Shown here piece by piece: positions 17,625 to 26,179 of a stretch of DNA of 64,000 nt (within the stretch, counting starts at the first letter, position 1; every line of letters starts with the position of its first letter). A program made the position numbers and the translations under genes. The DNA comes from Myxococcales bacterium (lineage in GTDB: Bacteria > Myxococcota_A > UBA9160 > UBA4427). The stretch spans positions 10,647-74,646 of the forward strand of contig JAAZXM010000013.1 in the NCBI GenBank assembly GCA_014240165.1, written 5' to 3'. The notes beneath the pieces are model-generated. The model did not search any database and was not told the DNA's origin. It saw nothing but the letters and a program-made list of their open reading frames with translations.

Positions 17625-18707
17625 GTGGAAAGCTTCTCGGTTCAAAATCCCCAATCAGCCATACAAAGCGAAAACCTCGGCAGAGCATCTGTGACGCGAC
17701 CGCACGTTCTCTTCTCGTCAGCGGCACTGATTCGCGGGCTGGCCCAATTGAGCGCGGTCTTCGCCCTCGCCTTCCTGCCCGGATACGGAACGGCCCTGAT
17801 TCTCGATCGGGGGGACGGACTCGGCAATACCACCGCTCCCGAGGACGACCCGGGCTGGGCGAATATCGGCCACCACCTCGGCAGCCCTTCCGTGGTCTAC
17901 CTGGGCAACCGTTGGATCCTCACAGCGCACCATGTGGGCGCCAGCATCGTGATCTTTGATGGCAAGCGTTACAACCCTGTTTCGGGCTCCCCGGCCTCGT
18001 TACGAAATCCCGATGGCACATTGGCCGACCTCCTCCTATTCCAAATCGATGAAGATCTCCCACTCCCCTCCCTCTCCATCTCGAAAACTCCCGCCAGAGT
18101 CGGCGAAGAAGTGATGCTGATCGCGGCCGGCTCCTCTCGAGGAGGACGCGTCACCCTTGAATCCGAGACAGGCGGCTTGCTCGATGGCTATTTATGGGTC
18201 GAAGACCAGACCAAACGTTGGGGAACAAATCGCGTGGAAGCGAGACCTCAACTCGTCGAGAACCGGGAGACCAGGACCATGTCCTTCCCGATTCTCTTTG
18301 ATCGCATCGAGACCCCGATGGGGACACGGCACGAAGCGTCCGCCGGTCGGGGAGACTCGGGCGGAGCGCTCTTCGCCCACGCCAACTCATACGATGCGAA
18401 CCCAGCCTGGGTACTTTCGGGGATCCTTATCAGCGTGAGCGGGCGCGCGGGCCATCCCGCCAACACCAGTTTCTACGGGGATATCACCTGGGTCGCCGAC
18501 CTCAGCTTCTACAGGGACGAAATCCTAAGGCATACCAGCCCCGAAACCGTCCAAATGGCCGACCTGGAGCCGAACGAGCCTGAACAGAGCGCCGAGGCTT
18601 CGGGAAGCGCCAAGCGGGATCCAATCCGAGCGGCGGCCCTCGCCCTGGTACTGATCGTTGCAGTCCTGATCTGGCGAATCGCAAGAAGGCGCTCTTTCGG
18701 CAATTAG
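17625..18707 (+). CDS. Secreted trypsin-like (S1) serine protease with C-terminal TM anchor
   Basis: His motif LTAHHV and Ser motif GDSGGALF. Hydrophobic N-terminal signal-like segment and C-terminal AAALALVLIVAVLIWRIARRR. Start uncertain (GTG 17625 or GTG around 17691). Confidence 0.75.
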   Translation: MESFSVQNPQSAIQSENLGRASVTRPHVLFSSAALIRGLAQLSAVFALAFLPGYGTALILDRGDGLGNTTAPEDDPGWANIGHHLGSPSVVYLGNRWILTAHHVGASIVIFDGKRYNPVSGSPASLRNPDGTLADLLLFQIDEDLPLPSLSISKTPARVGEEVMLIAAGSSRGGRVTLESETGGLLDGYLWVEDQTKRWGTNRVEARPQLVENRETRTMSFPILFDRIETPMGTRHEASAGRGDSGGALFAHANSYDANPAWVLSGILISVSGRAGHPANTSFYGDITWVADLSFYRDEILRHTSPETVQMADLEPNEPEQSAEASGSAKRDPIRAAALALVLIVAVLIWRIARRRSFGN

Positions 18708-19423
18708 AGGGAGCGATAGAGAAGGGTCAGCGCCGCAAGCGAAGAAAAGGCCAGGACGGAGGGGCGCACCAGAGACTCTCTCATTCGCGGTGCGGTCCAA
18801 TTCGAAAGGACCAACCCCAGCACACCGGCGGGAGCGAGCCACAAGCCCATCACCGTCTCCTCCCTTCCCATCTGGCCGGTCGCCACCAGACCGACCAGGC
18901 CAAAGAAGCCTCCCACGCAAAAAAAGGGCGCCAGCGTGGCTCGCATTCGAGCAGCGGAGACATGCTGGTGAATCAAGGCCAACGCGGGCCCAGGCATGGA
19001 GGAGGTCGTCCCCATGAAGCCTGCCAGGAAGCCTCCCATCAGGAAATTCTTTCGGGTCACCTTCAGCTTCAAGCCCCAAATAGAGAGACATACGCCGACC
19101 AACACCACCACCGCCACCCCGATCGAGAGCACGCGAGCGTCGGCCAGTTCCAGGAAGCCCAGCGCAACCACGATACCGATCAACTGTCCCGTGACGGGCG
19201 CTCCAATCGATCGAAGCGGCATCTCTCGACGCTCGCGCCAGGCCAGGAGCAGCATGAAGGGCACCCCGGCAACGAGCAGTGGACCTGGCACCAGCCGAGG
19301 GTCCAACTGCATGAGAACCGGGGCGGCAACCAGGGCAATGCCAAAACCTACGGATCCCTGGACCATGGCACCGAGCATCACGATAAAGACGGCGATTGAA
19401 ATCTCGGCCGGCGAGAGCCCCAT
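18704..19423 (-). CDS. TauE/SafE (TSUP, DUF81) family anion exporter/permease
   Basis: 239-aa polytopic membrane protein. N-terminus FIVMLGAMVQGSVGFGIALVAAP is typical of TSUP. Confidence 0.8.
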   Translation of the reverse strand: MGLSPAEISIAVFIVMLGAMVQGSVGFGIALVAAPVLMQLDPRLVPGPLLVAGVPFMLLLAWRERREMPLRSIGAPVTGQLIGIVVALGFLELADARVLSIGVAVVVLVGVCLSIWGLKLKVTRKNFLMGGFLAGFMGTTSSMPGPALALIHQHVSAARMRATLAPFFCVGGFFGLVGLVATGQMGREETVMGLWLAPAGVLGLVLSNWTAPRMRESLVRPSVLAFSSLAALTLLYRSL

Positions 19424-19429
19424 GGACGC

Positions 19430-20206
19430 CTATTCCGGGGTCACGTAGGCCGCCGCGATACCGCCGTCGACGAGAAAGGTCGTTCCCGTGACGTAAGCAG
19501 AGGCCTCCGACGCCAGGAAGAGCACCGCATTTGCGATCTCTTCGGCTTCGGCCAGGCGCCCCATCGGTATATGGACCAGGCGCCGTGCCTTGACGTCAGG
19601 GTCGGAGAGAAATTCCTCCAGCAGGGGCGTCCTCACCGGACCCGGGCAAAGCGCATTTGCCCGAATTCCCTGGCGAGCGTATTCCACCGCGATCTCCCGA
19701 GTCATGGCCAGCACCCCGCCCTTGCTCGCCGTGTAGGCGATCTGCGAAGTCGCCGCGCCCATCACAGCAACGAAGGAGGCGGTGTTGATGATCGAGCCGC
19801 CACCGCTGTCGAGCATCGCAGGAATGCCGTATTTGCAGCCGAGGAAAACACCCTTGAGGTTGACATCGATCACCCACTGCCAGATATCCAGGGGCGTATC
19901 CACCGGGGACCCGTCGCCGTCGGGAAATATCCCTGCATTGTTGAAGAGGACATGAATGCCTCCGCCCCGACTGCAGGCGGTCTCGATCGCTTCCCGCATC
20001 TGCGCGTCGTCAGAAACATCCGCAACCACCAGAAAAGCCGAGCCACCCGCCTCTTCGATGGACTCAACGCTTCGGCGACCCGCTTCTTCGTCCCGCTCGC
20101 AAACCACGACCTGGGCACCCGCAGCGGCCATTTTCAGCGCGCTCTCCCGGCCGATCCCGCTCCCGGCTCCGGTGATGAAAGCCGTCTTATCCTGCAAGGC
20201 CTTCAC
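19430..20206 (-). CDS. Short-chain dehydrogenase/reductase (classical SDR)
   Basis: TGAGSGIG cofactor motif, NNAG, and catalytic YTASK. Confidence 0.9.
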   Translation of the reverse strand: MKALQDKTAFITGAGSGIGRESALKMAAAGAQVVVCERDEEAGRRSVESIEEAGGSAFLVVADVSDDAQMREAIETACSRGGGIHVLFNNAGIFPDGDGSPVDTPLDIWQWVIDVNLKGVFLGCKYGIPAMLDSGGGSIINTASFVAVMGAATSQIAYTASKGGVLAMTREIAVEYARQGIRANALCPGPVRTPLLEEFLSDPDVKARRLVHIPMGRLAEAEEIANAVLFLASEASAYVTGTTFLVDGGIAAAYVTPE

Positions 20207-20281
20207 TATTCTTCCTCCCCATCCCGCGCGCGGCGCCGCTGATCTCCGAATCGTCCACGACCGTGGAGAATCGGAGCGAGG

Positions 20282-21670
20282 CTAGATGCGCTCGAAGTAG
20301 CGCGCCCTCTCGAAATCCGTCACCGCGCGTTGGTAGCTGGCGAGTTCCGCACGAGCAAAATGAGCCAGATGCTCGACGACTTCCGCGCCGAAGGCCTTTT
20401 GGACGAAATCGCTGGCCTCGAAGACCCCCACCGCCTCACCCAGCGTCTCAGGGACCCTGGGGAGATCGGTCGCCGTGTAGGCATTGCCATCGAAGATCGG
20501 ACCCGGATCGCATTTCCGCTCGATCCCATCCATGGCCGCCGCCAACATCCCCGCATAAACGAGATAGGGATTGGCGTCGCCTCCGGGAATTCGACACTCG
20601 AGCCTCAGGCTGGGACCGTGCCCCACCACGCGGAAGCCGGTGGTTCGATTGTCGTAGCCCCAGGCAATCCGAGTCGGCGCAAAGGTATCTTCCACGTAGC
20701 GTTTATAGGAATTGACATTCGGCGCGAAGAGCAGCGAGAGGGCCCGGGCGTGTTCGAGCAGCCCTCCCATGGCATGGCGAAAGGTATCGGTCGGCCGGGC
20801 CTCGCTGCCCTTCAATGCCTCGCCATCCCCAGCGAAGAGCGAAGCTCCATCGGCGTCGGTCAGACTCATATGAACGTGGAGACTGTTGCCCGCATGGTCG
20901 GTATGCCATTTCGCCATGAAGCTCAAAGAAGCGCCCTGCTGCGCCGCTATCTCCTTCGCAGCCAGCTTGTAGAGCACATGCCGATCAGCCATCTCCAGGG
21001 CTTGGGCATAGCGAAGGTTGATTTCGTGCTGCCCGGGGCTCGCCTCTCCCTTGCTGAACTCGACGGGAATCCCAGAGGCATCCACCAGGCGCCGAATCGA
21101 ACCGATCACCGGCTCGGCGAATCCCCCGGAAAGCACATGGTAGTCCTCATTGTAGGCCTGGCTCAGTTCGAGGTCGTGATAGTTCCTTTCTCGAGCTTCG
21201 GCATAGCTTTGTTTGAATAGAAAGAACTCGAGTTCACTGGCGAAATGGGGCACCAGGCCCCGGGATGAGGCCTCCTCGACCTGGCGTCGCAGGATACTCC
21301 GCGGGGCCACTGCAATCGGTACGTCACGCTCCTCTTCCAAGGCATCGCAAACCACGACTGCGGTGCGGTCGAGCCAGGCCGCCTCTCGGAGGGTTGACCA
21401 ATCCGGGATCGCGCGAAGGTCCCCGTAGCCCTGCTCCCAACTCGTAAACGCGTAGCCCGGCGTCGGTTCCATCTCCATGTCGCTGGCGAGCAGATAATCG
21501 CAAGCGTGCATGCCCCCTTCGGCGATTTCCTCGAGAAAAAAGCGCCCGACGATCCGCTTGCCCATGAGTCGACCGTAGAGATCGGGGAAGACGGTGAGCA
21601 CCGTCTCAATGCTGCCATCTTCGATCTTGGAGCGGAGAGAATCGAGATCGAGCATGCCGGTATCGTTCAT
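20282..21670 (-). CDS. Glutamine synthetase family protein (gamma-glutamyl-amine ligase, PuuA/GlnA3-like)
   Basis: 462 aa with GS catalytic-domain motifs (FSKGEASPGQHEINL, GNSLHVHMSL). Confidence 0.85.
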   Translation of the reverse strand: MNDTGMLDLDSLRSKIEDGSIETVLTVFPDLYGRLMGKRIVGRFFLEEIAEGGMHACDYLLASDMEMEPTPGYAFTSWEQGYGDLRAIPDWSTLREAAWLDRTAVVVCDALEEERDVPIAVAPRSILRRQVEEASSRGLVPHFASELEFFLFKQSYAEARERNYHDLELSQAYNEDYHVLSGGFAEPVIGSIRRLVDASGIPVEFSKGEASPGQHEINLRYAQALEMADRHVLYKLAAKEIAAQQGASLSFMAKWHTDHAGNSLHVHMSLTDADGASLFAGDGEALKGSEARPTDTFRHAMGGLLEHARALSLLFAPNVNSYKRYVEDTFAPTRIAWGYDNRTTGFRVVGHGPSLRLECRIPGGDANPYLVYAGMLAAAMDGIERKCDPGPIFDGNAYTATDLPRVPETLGEAVGVFEASDFVQKAFGAEVVEHLAHFARAELASYQRAVTDFERARYFERI

Positions 21671-21721
21671 GAAAGGCCTCTACGAAGAACTCGATGAGTG
21701 CGAACGCGCGGTCTGCACGCT

Positions 21722-23230
21722 TCAGCTGGGTTCGGGCTCGTCTTCGATAGCCCGGAAGAGCGAGAGCTGGGGGGCTTCCCGATCGATGTCCACGGGGATC
21801 GGGTACTCCCCGGAAAAACAACCATCGCAGATGCCTCGCTTGAGTTCGTGCTCCGCCGACCTCCGAAGGCCAGTCAAGGAAAGATACGAGAGGCTATCGG
21901 CGCCGATGATTTCCTGAATCTGCTCCCGGCTGTGGTTGGAGGCAATCAGTTCTTCCTGGGTCGGCGTATCGATCCCGTAATGGCAGGGCCCGATGGAGGG
22001 CGGCGATGAAATCCGCACATGAACTTCGCGCGCACCCGCCGATCGAAGCATCGCAACAATTTTCACGAGGGTCGTGCCACGAACGATGGAATCATCCACC
22101 AACACGATCCGTTTCCCTTCGAGAAAACTTCGTATGGCGTTGTGCTTGACCTTGACCCCAAAATTACGAATCGACTGGGCGGGTTCGATGAAGGTGCGTC
22201 GAACATAATGATTGCGGATCAGGGCCGTCTCGTAGGGAATGCCTTCCTCTTCCGCGTAGCCCAATGCGGCCGCGGTTCCCGAATCGAGCACGGGAACGAC
22301 CATGTCGGCAGCGATTGGAGATTCCCGCGCCAGGGTCCGGCCGAGTTCCTTGCGAAACGCATACACATTGTGGTTCATCAGATTCGAATCCGGTCGGGCG
22401 AAATAGATGTATTCGAAGATGCAGAACCGCTCGCCCTCCACCCGCGCCATGGGGCGCAGGCTTCGCAGCCGCCCCCTGCGAATCACCACCACCTCGCCGG
22501 GGTCGACATCGCGCTCGAATTTCGCACCGATGAGATCGAGAGCGCAGGTCTCGCTGGCCACGACCCACGCCCCGTCGAGTCGACCGAGACTCAGAGGACG
22601 AAAACCACTGGGATCACGAGCCGCGATCATCCCGTCGTCGGTGAGTAGAACCAGGCTGAACGCGCCCTTGACCCGCGAAATGGCATCGATGAAGCGGTCT
22701 TCGATGGATTGCTCCCGGGACCGCGCCAGCAGGTGCAAAATCGCCTCGCTGTCCGAGGTCGACCCAAAAATCGCCCCGCGGCCTTCCAATTCTCGCCGAA
22801 TCGCCACCGCGTTGACGAGATTTCCGTTATGCGCGATGGCCACGGGCCCGCCGTCCGTATTGGCACAGATCGGCTGGGCGTTGCGGAGCAGGCTCTCTCC
22901 CGCGGTGGAATAGCGGACGTGACCGATGGCGTGGCGGCCCTTGAGGCGGCTCAGCGTCTTGGAGCCAAAGGTATCCGCTACCAGCCCCATGGCCCGGTGA
23001 GCGGTGTGTTCCCGGCCATTGGAGGCCACGATCCCGCAACTCTCCTGCCCCCGATGCTGGAGGGCGTAGAGGCCGAGGTAGGTGATATGGGCCGCCTCTT
23101 CGTGCCCGTGGATGCCGAAAACGCCGCATTCGTCGTGGAAGTGGTCGTCCTCTCTCTCCTGGGCGAGCGCGCTCTCCTCCTCGGGCGACAAGGGCAACTT
23201 GAATCGGATCTCAGCGTCGCAATCGGTCAC
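21722..23230 (-). CDS. purF: Amidophosphoribosyltransferase (glutamine PRPP amidotransferase), Fe-S type with propeptide
   Basis: Ntn-Cys motif ECGVFGI, PRPP loop VLVDDSIVRGTT and C-terminal Cys cluster CDGCFSGEYP. GTG start with AGGAGG 8 nt upstream. Confidence 0.92.
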   Translation of the reverse strand: MTDCDAEIRFKLPLSPEEESALAQEREDDHFHDECGVFGIHGHEEAAHITYLGLYALQHRGQESCGIVASNGREHTAHRAMGLVADTFGSKTLSRLKGRHAIGHVRYSTAGESLLRNAQPICANTDGGPVAIAHNGNLVNAVAIRRELEGRGAIFGSTSDSEAILHLLARSREQSIEDRFIDAISRVKGAFSLVLLTDDGMIAARDPSGFRPLSLGRLDGAWVVASETCALDLIGAKFERDVDPGEVVVIRRGRLRSLRPMARVEGERFCIFEYIYFARPDSNLMNHNVYAFRKELGRTLARESPIAADMVVPVLDSGTAAALGYAEEEGIPYETALIRNHYVRRTFIEPAQSIRNFGVKVKHNAIRSFLEGKRIVLVDDSIVRGTTLVKIVAMLRSAGAREVHVRISSPPSIGPCHYGIDTPTQEELIASNHSREQIQEIIGADSLSYLSLTGLRRSAEHELKRGICDGCFSGEYPIPVDIDREAPQLSLFRAIEDEPEPS

Positions 23231-23564
23231 GAATCGCGCCTCCTGGCTGGCTCGCCGCCGCCGAGGGATCCGGCCGGAGGCCGGAGGCTCGAGGGGGCTC
23301 GGAATGGAAGCGCGACCGGCAAATGGACCTCGCGTAGGGGTGAAGTCGGGATCCGATCCGGTACAGAAGACCGGCGAACGCCGAGCCCGAGTGTATCTGA
23401 GTGCGGCGGCGACTCGCCACTTTGCCGGCCAGGGTTCCGCTACCCCGGGGCGGCGGCGAGGCCCGGCTCCGCAGGGGGAACTCTCTTGGACCCGGCAGCC
23501 AGCAGAGCGATCGCAGGCCTTGCCGGAGGTCGCTCTGGAGGCTTAACTCCGGGCAGGGCGAGCC

Positions 23565-24578
23565 GTGCCGACTCCCTGCCCGAAACCCCACCCCGCCGCC
23601 TCGGAGGACATGACATTGGCCCTGGACGACAAACAACTCCTCGAACTCTGCAGCCAGACCCTCGACCGTACGGATTTCACCGGATTGGGCACCAAGTTCG
23701 AGGGCAAGGTGCGCGACAGTTACGTGAAGGACGATCGACGAACGATCGTCGTCTCGGACCGGGTCAGCGCCTTCGACGTAGTGATCGGCACCATCCCCCT
23801 GAAGGGACAGATCCTGAACCAGATGGCGGCGTTCTGGTTCCAGAAACTCAGCGATCTCGCCCCCAATCACCTGATCGATGTTCCCGACCCCTCGGTCTCG
23901 GTGGTCAAAGAATGCCAGCTTCTCCCGGTGGAATTCGTCTATCGCGGATACCTCACTGGATCCACCAGCACCTCGATCTGGACCGCCTACGAGAGCGGTA
24001 AACGCAGCTATTGCGGGCATACCCTGCCCGAGGGTCTCCGGCGTCACGAAAGGCTGCCAGAGCCCCTGCTCACGCCCACAACCAAGGCGGAAATGGGCGC
24101 CCACGACGAACTCACGTCGAAGGCGGAGATCATCGCCGGTGGAGCCATGGACGAAGCCCTTTACGACGCAGCCGAGAAGTTGACCGGGGCCCTCTTCGAA
24201 GCGGGCAGCCATTTCGCCAAGGAGCGTGGCCTGATCCTGGTGGACACGAAATACGAACTCGGCCTCGACGAAAACGGAAAGCTCGTGGTGATCGATGAGA
24301 TCCACACCCCCGATTCATCTCGCTACTGGTACGCGGACACCTACGACGACGCCATGTCCAAGGGCGAGAGCCCCAATGCCATCGACAAGGAATACGTCCG
24401 GCTCTGGCTGGGCGAAAAGGGATACAAAGGCGAGGGAACGCCACCGGCGCTCAGCGACGAAGTGCGCTGTGAAGCAGCCCGGCGCTATGTCCGCGCCTAC
24501 GAGCAGGTCAGCGGTCTCAACTTCGAGCCGGATCTCTCGGAACCCTTGGGGCGGATTCGCTCGAATCTCGGGATCTGA
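23565..24578 (+). CDS. purC: Phosphoribosylaminoimidazole-succinocarboxamide (SAICAR) synthase, long form
   Basis: EGKVRDSY, LILVDTKYELG and DEIHTPDSSRYW motifs. The start could instead be ATG 23610 (MTLALDD). Confidence 0.9.
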   Translation: MPTPCPKPHPAASEDMTLALDDKQLLELCSQTLDRTDFTGLGTKFEGKVRDSYVKDDRRTIVVSDRVSAFDVVIGTIPLKGQILNQMAAFWFQKLSDLAPNHLIDVPDPSVSVVKECQLLPVEFVYRGYLTGSTSTSIWTAYESGKRSYCGHTLPEGLRRHERLPEPLLTPTTKAEMGAHDELTSKAEIIAGGAMDEALYDAAEKLTGALFEAGSHFAKERGLILVDTKYELGLDENGKLVVIDEIHTPDSSRYWYADTYDDAMSKGESPNAIDKEYVRLWLGEKGYKGEGTPPALSDEVRCEAARRYVRAYEQVSGLNFEPDLSEPLGRIRSNLGI

Positions 24579-24623
24579 GCGCATCTGAGCGCATCGGAGC
24601 GCATCGGAGCGCATCGGAGCGCC
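24576..24623. repeat. 10-bp tandem repeat, about 4.8 copies (TGAGCGCATC x2, GGAGCGCATC x2, GGAGCGCC)
   Basis: Read directly. The first unit begins with the purC stop codon TGA. It lies between convergent purC and cdsA. Confidence 0.9.
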
Positions 24624-24644
24624 CTGCCGGCGACGCCGGGGCGA

Positions 24645-25700
24645 TCAGCCCAACCGCAGCCAGACCAGCGCGAGCATCATGTAATACATGGCGGGGAAGG
24701 CCAGGAGCGGGGCGTCGATCCGGTCCAGCACTCCCCCCATGCCGGGAAGCAGGGCGCCAGTGTCCTTGACCTCGGCATCGCGCTTGAGGAGCGATTCCAC
24801 CAGATCGCCGATGATGCCCACCGCGCAGAGCACGAGCCCGAAAACGAAGGCCGCTCGCCAGGGCAGCCCCGCTGACAACTCGGGCCAGAACAAGTCGAAC
24901 GTGACCTTGGTGACGAGTCCTCCCAATGTGCCCACGGCGATTCCGCCCAAGGCCCCTTCGATGCTCTTATTCGGGCTGATTTCGGGCGCCAGCTTATGGC
25001 GCCCCCAGGAGCGACCCGCGAAATAGGCGCCAGCATCGCAGAGCACCACCGTCACCAGGCAATAGATGGTGAGGAAGATGCCGCTCTCCGGGACGAGGCC
25101 GATGGACCCAAGCGACTCACCCGACGAATGCGCTTCGGCGGAACGGAAAAAGAAACGCAGCAGGACGGCGTGGGAAAGCAGCCAAGCCACGTAGAAAACG
25201 CCGAAGAAGGTGCCCGAAATACTCGCCAGGGATTCCTGGATCCGGGCCTTGCCGAGTTGGGCGACCATCAGGACCAGAAGCGACGCGGTCATCAGCAACA
25301 TGGCGTGATATTCGCTGCTGAGCCAGGCAACACCGATCACCGCCGCCCCGAAGCCCAGCCCGGCTGTGGTCAGGGGCCGAGCCCCCTTCCCTTCGATCAA
25401 TTGGTAGAACTCGCGCTGGGCCAGCAGACCGAAGACCAGGACTGTGGCCAGGTAGGGATAACCGCCGATGATCACGATATAGAGCACCAGCGGAATCAGA
25501 ACCGAGGCGGTGAGCAGGCGGGACGCCAGATCGCCCATGGGTTTGCGCTTGACGCGCTCGGGCAAAGGCGTGGCCGGGCGAGGATGCACCGGCCCGTCGG
25601 CTCCGGTGGCGCTTTCCCCGTCTCCCTGGTTTTCGCTCGCTTCGCCGGTCACGGGGCGAGCATACACCAAGCGGGCCAGGGCTTCGCCGAAAGCACCCAT
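24645..25700 (-). CDS. cdsA: Phosphatidate cytidylyltransferase (CDP-diglyceride synthase)
   Basis: Signature GDLVESLLKRDAEVKDTGALLPGMGGVLDRIDA. The first 54 aa look disordered, so an alternative start is ATG 25538 (MGDLASRLL). Confidence 0.85.
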   Translation of the reverse strand: MGAFGEALARLVYARPVTGEASENQGDGESATGADGPVHPRPATPLPERVKRKPMGDLASRLLTASVLIPLVLYIVIIGGYPYLATVLVFGLLAQREFYQLIEGKGARPLTTAGLGFGAAVIGVAWLSSEYHAMLLMTASLLVLMVAQLGKARIQESLASISGTFFGVFYVAWLLSHAVLLRFFFRSAEAHSSGESLGSIGLVPESGIFLTIYCLVTVVLCDAGAYFAGRSWGRHKLAPEISPNKSIEGALGGIAVGTLGGLVTKVTFDLFWPELSAGLPWRAAFVFGLVLCAVGIIGDLVESLLKRDAEVKDTGALLPGMGGVLDRIDAPLLAFPAMYYMMLALVWLRLG

Positions 25701-25716
25701 TCGGGTGCCCAGCCGG

Positions 25717-26169
25717 TTAGCGCCCGGTATGGCCGAAGCCGCCGTCCGAACGCTGGGTCTCGCCGAGATTTTCCACCAGACGCCACGCCACCTCGCTCAC
25801 AGGGGCCACCACGAGTTGGGCGATGCGATCGCCGCGCTTCACCCTAAAGTCCTCATCGCCGAGATTCATGAGAATGACCTTGATCTCACCGCGATAATCC
25901 GAGTCGATGGTGCCGGGCGCATTGGGCAAGGTGATCCCATGACGCAGGGCCAGCCCGCTACGGGGCCGAACCTGCGCCTCGTAACCCTCGGGAAGTTCGA
26001 TGGCAAAACCCGACGGCACCAGCGCCCGGGCTCCGGGCGCAATGACGAGATCGCTGGGAACAGCGGCGCGAAGATCCACGCCGGCGGAGCCCGCCGTAGC
26101 GGGCTCCGGCAGCGGAAGATCTTCTCCTCCGGGCTGCCGAAGAAGTCCAACTTTAACGCTTCGGCTCAT
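25717..26169 (-). CDS. dut: dUTP diphosphatase
   Basis: [19 protein letters not shown] and [10 protein letters not shown] motifs. Start set at MSRSVKV (ATG 26169). The longer track ORF would overlap the pnp 3' end. Confidence 0.9.
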   Translation of the reverse strand: MSRSVKVGLLRQPGGEDLPLPEPATAGSAGVDLRAAVPSDLVIAPGARALVPSGFAIELPEGYEAQVRPRSGLALRHGITLPNAPGTIDSDYRGEIKVILMNLGDEDFRVKRGDRIAQLVVAPVSEVAWRLVENLGETQRSDGGFGHTGR

Positions 26170-26179
26170 GGCGCTGACG

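Noticed and set aside
23231-23609. Possible ZTP (pfl) or purine riboswitch between purF and purC
   Set aside because: I could not find the conserved pfl elements (GGGUCGUGAC...CCGCCUGGGC) or a purine-riboswitch three-way junction on either strand. I saw only GC-rich sequence.
24576-24623. CRISPR-like array
   Set aside because: The units are 10 bp, directly tandem and without spacers. This is a simple minisatellite.
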